Shown here piece after piece: positions 51,515 to 64,000 of a DNA stretch of 64,000 nucleotides. The notes beneath the pieces are model-generated. The model saw only the letters and a program-made list of their open reading frames with translations. It made no database searches and was not told where the DNA came from. Position 1 is the stretch's first letter; each line of letters begins with the position of its first letter. Location: the NCBI GenBank assembly GCA_032718475.1, contig JAUCBJ010000550.1, forward strand, positions 10,511 through 74,510. The letters run 5' to 3'. A program made the position numbers and the translations under genes. Source of the DNA: Nemertoderma westbladi (Eukaryota > Animalia > Xenacoelomorpha).

Positions 51515-52846
51515 ATACGAAACCCATACGAATTTAATTATTTCGTTTTGGGTATTTTATGTAGAATCTTAAAATTAAAGTCAGTATTAATTATATACTG
51601 TAATTAACACAGAGCTAATAACAGTCTGAACATTGACCGCACTGGATATAGATCGTCAGACTTTGTGCGTAATCCCTGGCCTAACGGTCGAAGAAAATTT
51701 ACTTTTTTACTTTTACTTGTTGTCTGTAACAAAATCTCAATTTCATTAAAAAATAGCGTTTGAACAATATACCGGGAAAAACAGCAGTACTACGGTTATC
51801 GCTTTGTCAGGAAATTATGATAACCAGTTTTGTACTATACCGAACTAGACTGCTGGATATTTAATGAGGTAATTTATTTATCATCATAAGTATAAAATTA
51901 AGACATCACCTGCTTAAAATACGGCTAACATTCTTTGGTGACATTTATTTAAATTTTAATTTTGTATATCTCCTATAAGTGAATTAATATCTATAATGTT
52001 TAATTATTATATTAAGTTTCAATCAGTATAATATTTTTCTTATAAATAGACCTCAAGTGTCGGTTTTACTAAACATACCATTCCAATGGTGTAGACTGTG
52101 AGGCTGGCTGTTCTTACGTCATGTTACTTACCGCACCAAGACTCATTAAAGTGTCAACCGGGAGCAACTTAGTAAAACCTGAGAAGCAATTACAACAATG
52201 GCTCATAATTATGAAAAAGATTTTTGTTTTTCATAAAATACGAATTTATTATTCCAGGATTAGCATCACCTCATTAGCATCATTCCAGGATTTCACATCC
52301 CCTTGCTCAGGTTAACCACAGTACTGGTCTACTGTTTGAGGATTCATACATACATATACATACCAGATAGTGCAGGTAAACGTTCAGACACCCTCGCCGT
52401 CGCCATACGCCTCCCTAAAACTTACACTGCATAAAAGCAACGAATTACGGTTAAGTTGATTGATGACGGATATGAAGTCTACCGTGAAGTAGGCCTACAC
52501 TGTACAGGAATACAAGTGACATTCCTCAAATTTAGCAATAAAGCTAGTGTAGTTGAAGGTAAAAGACGTCATATTTTGGCAAATACCTTGTTTCCCTTGT
52601 ATCCATGCGTTTGTAAGGAAAAAGTCAAATCTTATATACGTTAAGACGTCGGTAATAAATCGCTCGGAAGGCAATATTTTAGAATAAAAGATTACAAAAT
52701 ACATGACATTTAAACTTGACAAGCACCAACTATTGGTTGTATTTGAAAGATCCTGAAATAGAACCGCCCAAAACTGCATGATTATTTTTAATGTTTTCGT
52801 ACCACCATACTACAGTATAAATATATTTATAGACCCCCCAACTTAC

Positions 52847-53039
52847 ATCCGGTGTTAGGGACCCCGGCAACAAACGCAACGAGGTCACTGAGTAGATTAT
52901 TGGTAGACTTTCGATCGCTCTGGTTCATCTGGCCGGTTTCCAACTTTATTGCGAGAACGGATAGAAGACTAGAGGCATCATTGGCGAAATCTAGATCGCG
53001 TACCTCCACTGGGTCCACCGGGACAATAGCAAAGGCTTC
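52847..53039 (-). CDS. ITPR: ITPR exon 8
   Basis: [23 protein letters not shown]...[11 protein letters not shown]; donor gtaagt. Confidence 0.93.
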
Positions 53040-53379
53040 CTACAGAACAAAATCATAGAAACAAAAACAGTTCCAGGGCCTTCGAGCTATAGAAATGTAA
53101 GACACCAACAGATCAAATCTACAATAATGCCGTACCAGTAATAGTGGGGCTCTCGAAGTGTGTGTAGTGTGAATCAAAATACTATTTTAATTGTTTCCGA
53201 CAGGTATGCTTTCAGACCCACCACACACTGACACACATCCATTTGCACATCGACCCAAGTATAATTAAAAACATACCCAATTACGTAAGCTGCTTAATAT
53301 AAAATCATCTACGACATTCTACAGTTATGAAATAAATTTGAATTGCAATGTATGTAGTCAGTTTAAATTGAGATCAAAC

Positions 53380-53532
53380 CTTGTCTTCCTTCAGAGGCGC
53401 ACCTCCAACTTTCAGGCGTTCGGGTTTATCTTCTGCAGAATCGAGAGCTAACTGAGTGGAATGTATCCAAGTGTTGGAACACAAATGGCGAAGTCGCACA
53501 AAACTAGACCGAGGGACTGTCGCAGACAGAAT
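53380..53532 (-). CDS. ITPR: ITPR exon 7
   Basis: [26 protein letters not shown]...[12 protein letters not shown]|gtttga. Confidence 0.9.
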
Positions 53533-53614
53533 CTGGAAATTCATTACTATTTATAATTATTATTTTTCAAGCTAAAAACACGGGAAAACATGGGATAATA
53601 TATCGCGAAGGCCC

Positions 53615-54482
53615 TTCTCTATAGGAGGCAATCCGAGGGCTCCTCTCTGCCCGAGGAAACCCGAAGATTCCTCTCTACCGGAAGCATCCCGAGGGATCCT
53701 CTCTACCGGAGGCAACACGGTGGCTCCTCTCTACCGGAGGCAACCCGAGGGATCATCTCTAACGCAGGCAACACGGAGGCTCCTCTCTACCGGAGGCAAA
53801 CAAAAGGCTCCTCTCTACCGGAGGCAACCCGAAGGCTCATCTCTACCGGACCGGAGGCAACCCGAAGGCTCCTCTCTACCGGAGGAAACCCGAGGGATCC
53901 TCTCTACCGGAGGCAACACGGAGGCTCCTCTCTACCGGAGGCAAACAAAAGGCTCCTCTCTACCGGAGGCAACCCGAAGGCTCCTCTCTACCGGACCGGA
54001 GGCAACCCGAAGGCTCCTCTCTACCGGAGGTAACCCGAGGGATCCTCTCTACCGGAGGCAACACGGAGGCTCCTCTCTACCGGAGGCAACTCTAAGGCTC
54101 CTCTCTATAGGAGGTAATCCGAGGGCACCTCTCTGCCCGGGGCAACCCGAAGATTCCTCTCTATCGGAGGCACCCGAAGGCTCCTCTCTACCGGAGGTAA
54201 CCCAAGGGATCCTCTCTACCGCAGGCAACCCGAATGCTCCTCTCTACCGGACCGAAGGCAACCCGAAGGCTCCTCTCTACCGGACCGGAGGCAACCCGAA
54301 GGCTCCTCTCTACCGGAGGCAACCCGAGGGATCCTCTCTACCGCAGGTAACCCGAAGGCTCCTCTCTACCGGACCGGAGGCAACCCGAAGGCTCCTCTCT
54401 ACCGGAGGCAACCCGAGGGATCCTCTCTACCGCAGGCAACCCAAAGGCTCCTCTCTACCGGACCGGAGGCAACCCGAAGGCT
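53615..54482. repeat. GC-rich ~28-bp minisatellite (~30 copies) in ITPR intron 6
   Basis: GAAGGCTCCTCTCTACCGGAGGCAACCC, with occasional ACCGG duplication. Confidence 0.94.
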
Positions 54483-54509
54483 CAAAGCTCCCTCTCCAAT
54501 ATTACATAC

Positions 54510-54687
54510 CTGCAACGTAGTTGGCTCCAGTTCAAATATCGTTGCCAGATCATTGCCATGGGGAACAGGTATGAGGTAATAGAGTTTGGTATCGACTGAG
54601 CCTCTGAGAGCGGTTCTCATACTGTCCTCTGATGCATCAGTGTCCACCCCAGCTGCTAGATACTGCCCGCTTGCAAGGTGTTTAAAC
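54510..54687 (-). CDS. ITPR: ITPR exon 6
   Basis: tag|G FKHLASGQYLAA...LIPVPHGNDLATIFELEPTTLQ|gtatgt. Confidence 0.92.
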
Positions 54688-54771
54688 CTATAAAATGCAA
54701 GAATATCGAAAACATTACAGAGACCATTACAGAAACCATTGCAAAAACCATTACAGACTGTCTGTGTTTAA

Positions 54772-55520
54772 GGGGGGGTACACCATTTTCGGACAACTCT
54801 TCGATTTATCACTCTCAGCGTTTCAAAATTGTTTGGTTTTGGCTAAAATTTGGCATATAGGTGCCTAAGATGCTATTCTACATGACGGGTAAGAAATTTT
54901 TTTTTTTTCGCTATTTAATATTAGTTAATACTAGTTAACAATAAAAAACTTGGTTGCGCTTAAAACCCTAAGGCTCTTACAGTTTTGAATCTAATCACAT
55001 GAAAGTTTTTTTATATGATAGATCAAAGATGGGGCAACATAACTATCAGGCGAAATTTTGTTAAAATAATTCTGCACCGCTAGGTGGCGCTGCAAATTTA
55101 TGCTAATTATTAGGTTTGTTATAAATAGTATTAAATTTTATTAACAAAAAATTTCGAAAAGTTGTCTGATACTTTTATGCAGGGTGGCTATCTAGACACC
55201 CACAGAAAGCTTCAGACTAATTACTCAAAAATTGTAGAAATTGTAGGGTTTTGATGTTGACAATTTCATAAAAAAATATTTGGAGATAATCGACCTTTCA
55301 TTATACATAGTAATAGTAATTTCAATAGGATTCCCTAAATGGAAATTTATATAACTTGAAAACTAAAAGAGCAATTAAATAGCGGTTTTCAGATTTGGAA
55401 ACACCATGCACCAAACACATTATAATAGACCAATAAAGAAATTTCGACATATTCTGAACCAAAATGGTGTACCCCCCCCCCCCTTCGACATATTCTGAAA
55501 CAAAATGGTGTACCCCCCCC
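54772..55520. mobile_element. Non-autonomous DNA transposon (MITE) with TTAA target-site duplication
   Basis: ttaa|GGGGGGGTACACCATTTT ... AAAATGGTGTACCCCCCCC|ttaa; right end partly duplicated at ~55445-55483. Purine termini plus TTAA suggest Kolobok-like (inference). Confidence 0.82.
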
Positions 55521-55583
55521 TTAAGGAAATCTTCCACCTCGCACAATCTTTACACGTTAAACTACCCCACCCCAAACGACTAG

Positions 55584-58500
55584 ACCTGTACAAGTTATTG
55601 TCCCAATGCGACACAACTGTACCTGTACAAACTGTACCAATGTCCACAACTGTACCTGTACAAACTGTCCCAATGTCCCACAACTGTACCTGTACAAACT
55701 GTCCCAATGTCCCACAACTGTACCTGTACAAACTGTCCCAATGTTCCACAACTTTACCTCTACAAACTGTCCCAATGTTCCACAACTGTACATGTACAAA
55801 CTGTCCCAATGTCCTACAACTGTACCTGTACAAACTATCCCAATGTCCAACAACTGTACTTGTAGAAACTGTCCCAATGTCCCACAAATGTACCTGTACA
55901 AACTGTCGTCCCAATGTCCCACAACTGTACCTGTACAAACTGTCCCAATGTCCCACAACTGTACTTGTAGAAACTGTCCCAATGTCCCACAAATGTACCT
56001 GATGTCCCACAAATGTACCTGTACAAACTGTCCCAATGTCCCACAACTGTACCTGTACAAACTGTCCCAATGTCCCACAACTGTACTTGTAGAAACTGTC
56101 CCAATGTCCCACAAATGTACCTGTAGAAACTGTCCCAATGTCCCACAACTGTACCTGTACAAACTATCCCAATGTCCAACAACTGTACTTGTAGAAACTG
56201 TCCCAATGTCCCACAAATGTACCTGTACAAACTGTCCCAATGTCCCACAACTGTACCTGTACAAACTGTCCCAATGTCCCACAACTGTACTTGTAGAAAC
56301 TGTCCCAATGTCCCACAAATGTACCTGTACAAACTGTCCCAATGTCCCACAACTGTACTTGTAGAAACTGTCCCAATGTCCCACAAATGTACCTGTACAA
56401 GCTGTCCCAATGTCCCACAACTGTATCTGTACAAACTGTCCCGATGTCCTACAACTGTACCTGTAAAAACTGTTCCAATGTCCCACAACTGCACTTGTAC
56501 AAACTGTCCCAATGTCCCACAACTGTACCTGTACAAGCTGTCTCACTGTCCCGCAACTGTACCTGTACAAACTGTCCCAATGTCCCAAAACTGTACTTGT
56601 ACAAACTGTCCCAATGTCCCAAAACTGTACTTGTACAAACTGTCCCAATGTCCCACAACTGTAATTGTACAAACTGTCCCAATACCACACAACTGTAGAT
56701 GTACAAACTGTCCCAATGTCCCACAACTGTACCTATACAAACTGTCCCAATGTCCCACAACTGTACTTGTACAAACTGTGCCAATGTCCACAACTGTACT
56801 TGTACAAACTGTCCCAATGTCCCACAACTGAACCTGTACAAACTTTGCAAATGTCCACAACTGTACTTGTACAAACTGTCCCAATGTCCCACAACTGTAC
56901 CTGTACAAACTGTCCCAATGTCCCACAACTGTACCTGTACAAACTGTCCCAATGTCCCACAACTGTACCTGTACAAACTGTCCCAATGTCCCACAACTGC
57001 ACCTGTACAAACTGTCCTAATGTCCCACAACTGTACCTGTACAAACTGTCCCAATGTCCCACAACTGTACCTGTACAAACTGTACCAATGTCCCACAACT
57101 GTACCTGTACAAACTGTCCCAATGTCCCACAACTGTACCTGTACAAACTGTCCCAATGTCCCACAACTGTACTTGTACATATTGCCCCAATGTCCCACAA
57201 CTGTACCTGTACAAACTGTCCTAATGTCCCACAACTGTACCTGTACAAACTGTCCCAATGTCCCACAACTGTACTTGTACATATTGCCCCAATGTCCCAC
57301 AACTGTACCTGTACAAACTGTCCTAATGTCCCACAACTCTACCACCACAAACTGTCCCAATGTCCCACAACTGTACCTGTACAAACTGTCCCAATGTCAC
57401 ACAACTGTACTTGTACAAACTGTCAGAATGTCCCACAACTGTACCTGCACAAACTGTCCCAATGTCCCCCCACAACTGTACCTGTACAAACTGTCCTAAT
57501 GTCCCAGAACTCTACCACCACAAACTGTCCCAATGTCCCACAACTGTACCTGTACAAACTATCCCAATGTCCGAAAACTGTACTTGTACAAACTGTCCCA
57601 ATGTCCCATAAATGTACCTGTACAAACTGTCCCAATGTCCCACAACTGTACCTGTACAAACTGTCCCAATGTTCCACAACTGTACCTCTACAAACTGTCC
57701 CAATGTCCCACAACTGTACCTCTACAAACTGTCCCAATGTCCCACAACTGTACTTGTACAAATTGTCCCAATGTCCCACAACTGTACCTGTACAAACTGT
57801 CCCAATGTCCCACAACTGTACTTGTAGAAACTGTCCCAATGTTCCACAACTGTACCTCTACAAACTGTCCCAATGTTTCACAACTGTACCTCTACAAACT
57901 GTCCCAATGTCCCACAACTGTACTTGTACAAATTGTCCCAATGTCCCACAACTGTACCTGTAAAAACTGTCCCAATGTCCCACAACTGTACTTGTAGAAA
58001 CTGTCCCAATGTCCCACAAATGTACCTGTAGAAACTGTCCCAATGTCTCACAACTGTATCTGTACAAACTGCCCCGATGTCCTACAACTGTACCTGTACA
58101 AACTGTTCCAATGTCCCACAACTGTACCTGTACAAACTGTCCCAATGTCCCAGAACTGTACTTGTAGAAACTGTCCCAATGTCCCACAAATGTACCTGTA
58201 CAAGCTGTCCCAATGTCCCACAACAGTATCTGTACAAACTGTCCCGATGTCCTACAACTGTACCTGTAAAAACTGTTCCAATGTCCCACAACTGCACCTG
58301 AATAAAGTGTCCCAATGTCCCACAACTGTACCTGTACAAACAATCCTAATGTCCCACAACTGTACCTGTACAAACTGTCCCAATGTCCTACAACTGTACC
58401 TGTACAAACTGTCCCAATGTCCCACAACTGTACCTGTACAAACTGTCCCAATGTTCCACAACTGTACCTCTACAAACTGTCCCAATGTCCCACAACTGTA

Positions 58501-59355
58501 CTTGTACAAACTGACCCAATGTCCCACAACTGTACCTGTACAAACTGTCCCAATGTCCCACAACTGTACTTGTAGAAACTGTCCCAATGTCCCACAGCTG
58601 TACCTGTACATACTGTCCCAATGTCCCACAACTGTACCTGTACAAACTGTCCCAATGTCCTACAACTGTACCTGTACAAACTGTCCCAATGTCCCACAAC
58701 TGTACCTGTACAAACTGTCCCAATGTGCCACAACTGTACTTGTACAAACTGTCCCAATGCCACACAACTGTTCCTGTACAAACTGTCCCAATACCACACA
58801 ACTGTACCTGCACAAACTGCCCCAATGTCCCACAACTGTACCTGCACAAACTAAACTGTCCTAATGTCCCACAACTGTACCTGCACAAACTGTCCCAATG
58901 CCACACAATTGTACCTGCACAAACTGCCCCAATGTCCCACAACTGTACCTGCACAAACTAAACTGTCCTAATATCCCACAACTGTACTTGTACAAACTGT
59001 CCCAATGCCACACAACTGTTCCTGTACAAACTGTCCCAATACCACACAACTGTACCTGCACAAACTGCCCCAAAGTCCCACAACTGTACCTGTACAAACT
59101 AAACTGTCCTAATATCCCACAACTGTACTTGCACAAACTGTCCCAATACCACACAACTGTACCTGCACAAACTGCCCCAATGTCCCACAACTGTACCTGC
59201 ACAAACTGCCCCAATGTCCCACAACTGTACCTGCACAAACTGCCCCAATGTCCCACAACTGTACCTGCACAAACTAAACTGTCCTAATGTCCCACAACTG
59301 TACCTGCACAAACTGTCCCAATGTCCCACAACTGTACCTGTACAAACTGTCCCAG
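55584..59355. repeat. 34-bp satellite (~110 copies) derived from the ITPR exon 5/donor junction
   Basis: Minus-strand unit GGGACATTGGGACAGTTTGTACAG|GTACAGTTGT; the exon 5 end GGGCACTGGGACAGTTTGTACAG|gtacagttgt is the first unit. Confidence 0.96.
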
Positions 59356-59542
59356 TGCCCAGCTCCGCTCCGCAAAGGATCGTGTTTAACAACTTCCACC
59401 TCCCACAATGCTTTGCTACTGGTTGCTGATGTTGCAGAGGCTCTGGCCGTAACTCTTAGGAAGACGTAATTCTGCTTCTTGTAGGAGTCTGCTGTTAGAA
59501 ACTTTTCCTGCTCAGCGTGGAACAATCTAACAACATCGCCAC
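59338..59542 (-). CDS. ITPR: ITPR exon 5 (IP3-binding core, MIR)
   Basis: [17 protein letters not shown]...[43 protein letters not shown]; donor AG|gtacag. Confidence 0.93.
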
Positions 59543-59851
59543 CTAATATTTAGAATTAAGGGACTCCATTAAGTATATAACCAACATTATTGCTACAAAG
59601 ACTAAAAATACCGCTCAATGAACATTAAGTACATCTATATGAAATAAATTCGATCTAAATAAACATCATAATATGATTATATGATCAGCTTAACCCAAAT
59701 TCAAATAAACTCTATTTAATCTGATCAGCTGGAGAGAAAAAAGGGAAATCAAACAATATTAATAAAACATAATCAAACAATAGTGATGCTAATCTATTAA
59801 CTTTATAAATATATTTATATTCTATATAAAATTATAGGAGAAACGCAGATA

Positions 59852-60080
59852 AGTGGGGAAACTGGACGCAATAAAAATCCATCCATCTCCAGGGGAAACT
59901 GGACGCAAATAACAGTTGATTGCTCTAAAAAATAAAACTGTAACCTGTTCTATTGTGTTTAGTTTATTGTTTTGGTTAAAATAACGTGCCATTGTAACCT
60001 GCTCCTTTCCCTAAATTGAGAATTTAACATTGAGGCGGGATATTAATTCGCCGTGATGGGATTTGCGTCCAGTCCCCCCC
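59852..60080. mobile_element. Small MITE-like element
   Basis: GGGGAAACTGGACGCAA (twice) versus TTGCGTCCAGTCCCC; related sequence at ~62330-62500. Confidence 0.55.
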
Positions 60081-60179
60081 CCCCCCCCCCGTCTCGAAAA
60101 ACGCTATTAAAAAAAGAGTCCACCCCCATTTAATTTTCCAATATAGGGATAATCTGTGTATAAAAAGCACAATAATTAC

Positions 60180-60413
60180 CTTTAACAACGCTATCGATAT
60201 TCTCTGTTACATCGATAAACAAGTTGATCTTCCACGAGGTGTTACACTTCACCGAGTTAACCTCATGGCACCCCGGAGCATCTGGAAGAACCAGAGATGA
60301 TGCGTGCAGGGGTTGACCGGCTCTCATTGGTTGAAGGGTCACCTTGTCCCCGCAGACTACGCTGTCACCTGGACCTCGGAGTTTATAGAATGGAAGAACC
60401 TGAAACCAGGATC
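60180..60413 (-). CDS. ITPR: ITPR exon 4
   Basis: [26 protein letters not shown]...[16 protein letters not shown]...VVK; tag acceptor, gtaatt donor. Confidence 0.93.
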
Positions 60414-60687
60414 CTAAAAGTAAAAGGATACCGGAATCGAAAATCAATTAAAAGGATAACAAGACCTAAAAACTAAACCATACAATTACAGTTCCTTCAC
60501 TGAACTGAAGTTTTTTCTTACGTATTCTGGTTAGCCATTTCTTGCTGAAAATAAATGTGTTCAAACTCAAACTAAATATAAAAATAAAGCTTCTTCAAAG
60601 GGAAAAATATTCCCAAAAATGATAAATTTGTCATCAATAATGTAAATACTGTACAAATAAAAATAATAATAAATTGAATGGAATGGA

Positions 60688-60965
60688 AGAAATTTTAGGC
60701 CCAATTAGCCACTAGCCAGGGAATTCCTGTTCACCTCCACTGCGGACGGGTGAGATATTCTGCAGTAAACCCTTCCACTCTGATTCCCAAGTTGTCTTGG
60801 TGCCCAACCATTAATATACATGATAGCTTGGGTTGGGCAAACCTGCAGCACTTAAAGCACTGCGCCCAGTATTGCATAGTCTAGGGATGAAACGAGGGCC
60901 TAGGAATCGAAAGAAGTGACTCCTGATCAGAAGCCCAAGAATGTTACCACTAGACTAAGCAACTA
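60688..60965 (-). mobile_element. tRNA-derived SINE (family 1 copy)
   Basis: Reverse-complement similarity to 28838-29086 (CAGTAAACCCTTCCACTCTG, CCCAAGTTG, ACCACTAGAC). Confidence 0.68.
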
Positions 60966-61172
60966 CATGTTCTTGTGGTAATATACATTAATAAACAAAA
61001 AACAAACATAAACAAACAATTAGTATAATTAATTATACAAGTCCACGGATGTAACACTATTATTTACACTACACACACATCCTTTGGATAAATCACACAG
61101 GAAAATATAAACATAACTGTATCCATAACACTATACATATTATTTTATAGACCTGGCCTATAGATACCGTAC

Positions 61173-61332
61173 CTTCGTTGCCATCTGGGTCTAAGTTAAC
61201 ACGCATGGCGTTCTTCTCTAAATGAGCTGGGAGTCGTTTATTCACAGTCAGGTATTTGTTACTCTTTACGTGGAGAAGTTGAACACACGACCCGTAAACA
61301 ACATTGGAACCGAGTTGTTTACGTATTTCCGT
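61173..61332 (-). CDS. ITPR: ITPR exon 3
   Basis: [54 protein letters not shown]; cag acceptor, gtacgg donor. Confidence 0.93.
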
Positions 61333-62094
61333 CTGCAAAACAAGCGGTTATAGCTTCCCTTCCACCAAATACCATATCATTGAAAAAATTTAATAGTTTT
61401 AAAAACAGAAGTTCTAATTTACGTTATTACGTTAAATCCAAATCGTAACACCACATGAAACGTTATATTAAACAATTATTATGGTTTGAATAGATTTGTA
61501 TGTTTCAAGATAATCCAACAAGCTCAATTATCGATATTGAACTTCATTTCTTAATGCAATTAAAATTCATTTTTAATTTCATTAAAGAATATCTAAGAAT
61601 ACTTTATAAATTGGGAAAACCAGCTTTTAATTGTTACTGAAACTATTATCGAAAAAAAGTGCGAATAGCTGAATGGTGAATAGGCTTATTACATAATTAA
61701 TTCCTTAGTGACTGCGTTTAGTGGACAAAAGCCGGTCAGACACGTTCGTGGGGCCTTCGTGCAGCACGAAGTGAGCAAAGCCTTTAGCATATATGGGCAC
61801 CCTGTTGTTTGCCGTTAGTCAGAAGTCAACACAATACTTGTCCTCATCTTGTGCCTCGTTGCGTTCGTTCGTTTTGACCAAACTTCAGATTCTTTCTAAA
61901 CTTTTGACGGACTACATACGTGCCAAGTTTCGTTTAATTTCATCGAGGAATAACCGAGTTATTAGCGATCAAAAATTTACGACGACAGACGACGACGACA
62001 ACAGACAACTCGCCAATGGCACCCATATGATAAGGCTTAGTTCACTTCGTGTCTCGCCCCACAGTAAGTAAATTAATGTTCATTGTTCAAATAC

Positions 62095-62209
62095 CTCGTT
62101 TTGGTTTTTCTCCAGCTCTGCTGCGTGGTGGAGTTTCTTCAACAACACGATATCTGGGGCGCCAGTGTAGGACCGAGATGCTTTCCAGAACTGCTTATGG
62201 GCCGTATAT
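62095..62209 (-). CDS. ITPR: ITPR exon 2
   Basis: cag|[11 protein letters not shown]...[17 protein letters not shown]|gtattt. Confidence 0.92.
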
Positions 62210-62791
62210 CTGTGGCGAACGACAATTATTTCAATTACATAGTGTGAATAGCTGTATTAATTCACTTAGTTGAGGTGGGGGAAGGGGGATAAATAGCTGT
62301 AGTTAATTCACTTAGTTGTGGTGGGGGAAGGGGGGTAATCAGCTGATTGATTACGAGTAAAATGGGACTGTAACTTGTGTTGTTATTGACCTTCGTTTAT
62401 TGTTTTGGATAGAATAACATGTCACTGTAACCTGCTTCTCTCCCTTAATTGATAATTAACGTTGTATTCGCCTTGATGGGATTTGCATCATACTCCCCCC
62501 CCCCCCCCCCCTGTATCTGTTAGGACTGCAAGTAAATGATTGCACCTTGTGTACAGGCTTCTTACGGAAGTTCCAGGCGTATGTTTCAATGGGACGAAAG
62601 TGTGAATAGGAAAAGGGACAGGTAACACGTTTTTCTAACCAAAACAATAAACGGGAGTCAATACCACACAGGTTACAATTAAATTCTTGGTAGGACGAAG
62701 CATCACCCCAATGGCCACTTTCAGACTTTAGTTCCATCCGTACCTAGCGCTACCGTACAATGTGCTGTATAACATGTATGCAGTTACGAAC

Positions 62792-62988
62792 CTGTTCAGA
62801 GGACAAATCTTGTAGAGACAATCGCGAAACTTGCTAGGTGGGTTTATTAGGTCACCGTGTTCTGGGTCAACCACGCAACGTTCATCAACCAATCCGAGCG
62901 TAGATAGGAACCCAGATACGGGACCCTCGGCGTATATGGAAACTATATCGCCGATCCTAAGAATTCTAGAATCTGATAGAACATCCAT
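62792..62988 (-). CDS. ITPR: ITPR coding exon 1 (suppressor domain start)
   Basis: [40 protein letters not shown]...[13 protein letters not shown]; donor AG|gttcgt. Confidence 0.93.
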
Positions 62989-64000
62989 AGTTGCAGAATC
63001 AATCAACGGATTTAAACAGCCAATAAACACAACTCACAGCAACAAAATATAATCACAACCAATCATGTTATTATTGACGGAAATATTAGTTTTCAAAGCA
63101 TTATTGTAAATACAAATTAATTAGACTCCAGAATTTATGAGTTTTGTAACTTTGTACTTATGAATAATCACTACGTATAACACCAAAGTCACAAACGAGT
63201 TTCTAACTTTCAACTAAATGATAAAACACATAGACGTTCACATATAAACATTCAACTTTCAAAATGCACTAGTCCTATATTGTATTTTTACATGAAAAAT
63301 GAAAGCTGTCATTTCTAGCATTGACTACCAATTTAGAAATAACAATTATTTCTCAACTGAATATAGAACAACCCTTATATAGGTGGTCTATTGTTTATGA
63401 GCCGAAAATCAAATGTTTGTGAGTGAACTGGGACGTAATTATTTGAAAGTTGATAGTTAGTTGTTGAAAGTTGTTTGACTGTTGAAAGTTGAATGATAAG
63501 ACCCTGGTCATGTGTGACCCGGCCTTATCAGAAGTATGGGGGGGGGGGGGGGGGGGGGTGTGTTCTCGTTCTTTATGCGGAACAAGTAAAGGCCTACCTG
63601 TAAAACAATATAGTAGGTTACATATACCGGTATTAGTATTACTTTGATTAATACATAAAAATAATTTTATATTAAATTTTTATGACAACAGAAAGATTAA
63701 GATTACTAATAGCAACGTAATATAAACTATACGATTAAAATACGACGAGATTAAAAATTACAGAACACGGTTTATTAGTCTTAACAGAATTAAAGTCATG
63801 TGGGTAATTGATATTATAGACTACATAGACACCCCAATTCAACAATGAATGGGTATAGTGAAGTGCAGAGAGAGCATTAACTAACATGCGTGGAGGTTGA
63901 CAATGGATTTACAACCTGTACCACACTTTACACATTTCATACAAAAACAATCATTTGTTTAATATCTATTTAATATTTAGATTGAGTAGAGCATCTTGGG

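Larger units (their letters stand above)
7124..62988 (-). other. ITPR: Inositol 1,4,5-trisphosphate receptor gene span (20 coding exons, ~2618 aa)
   Basis: The exons listed below join in frame through 18 GT-AG introns and one GC-AG intron; cumulative phases are consistent and total 7857 nt. The product has ITPR hallmarks from N to C: [13 protein letters not shown]/beta-trefoil, RERQKLMRE, DYRKNQE, LQLLCENHN, LTEYCQGPC, GGGIGD pore, CFIC..H..H. Confidence 0.96.

Noticed and set aside
53720-54520. 266-aa ORF
   Set aside because: Translation of the 28-bp minisatellite.
55420-59430. Many Cys-rich ORFs (CTCTNCP) resembling metallothionein or keratin-associated proteins
   Set aside because: Products of the 34-bp satellite; they appear in all frames on both strands with frequent frameshifts.

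Overview
AT-rich, intron-containing animal (metazoan) genomic DNA. Almost the whole window is one minus-strand inositol 1,4,5-trisphosphate receptor (ITPR) gene. I reconstructed it by hand as 20 coding exons, from ATG 62988 to stop 7124, with all intron phases consistent (about 7857 nt, about 2618 aa). All 19 introns fall in the 5' 40% of the CDS, and the 3' 60% is a single 4.67-kb exon. Three introns carry four intact nested genes: two intronless antisense otopetrin proton-channel paralogues (intron 13), a same-strand two-exon MTMR10/11/12-type myotubularin pseudophosphatase (intron 9), and an antisense Ly6/three-finger-like GPI-anchored protein (intron 8). The introns also hold several large tandem arrays. 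One of them, a 34-bp satellite of about 110 copies, is an amplification of ITPR's own exon-5/donor junction. MITEs, tRNA-derived SINEs and decayed LINE fragments are also present. One ITPR intron appears to need a GC donor. All coordinates were read manually and no database searches were run.
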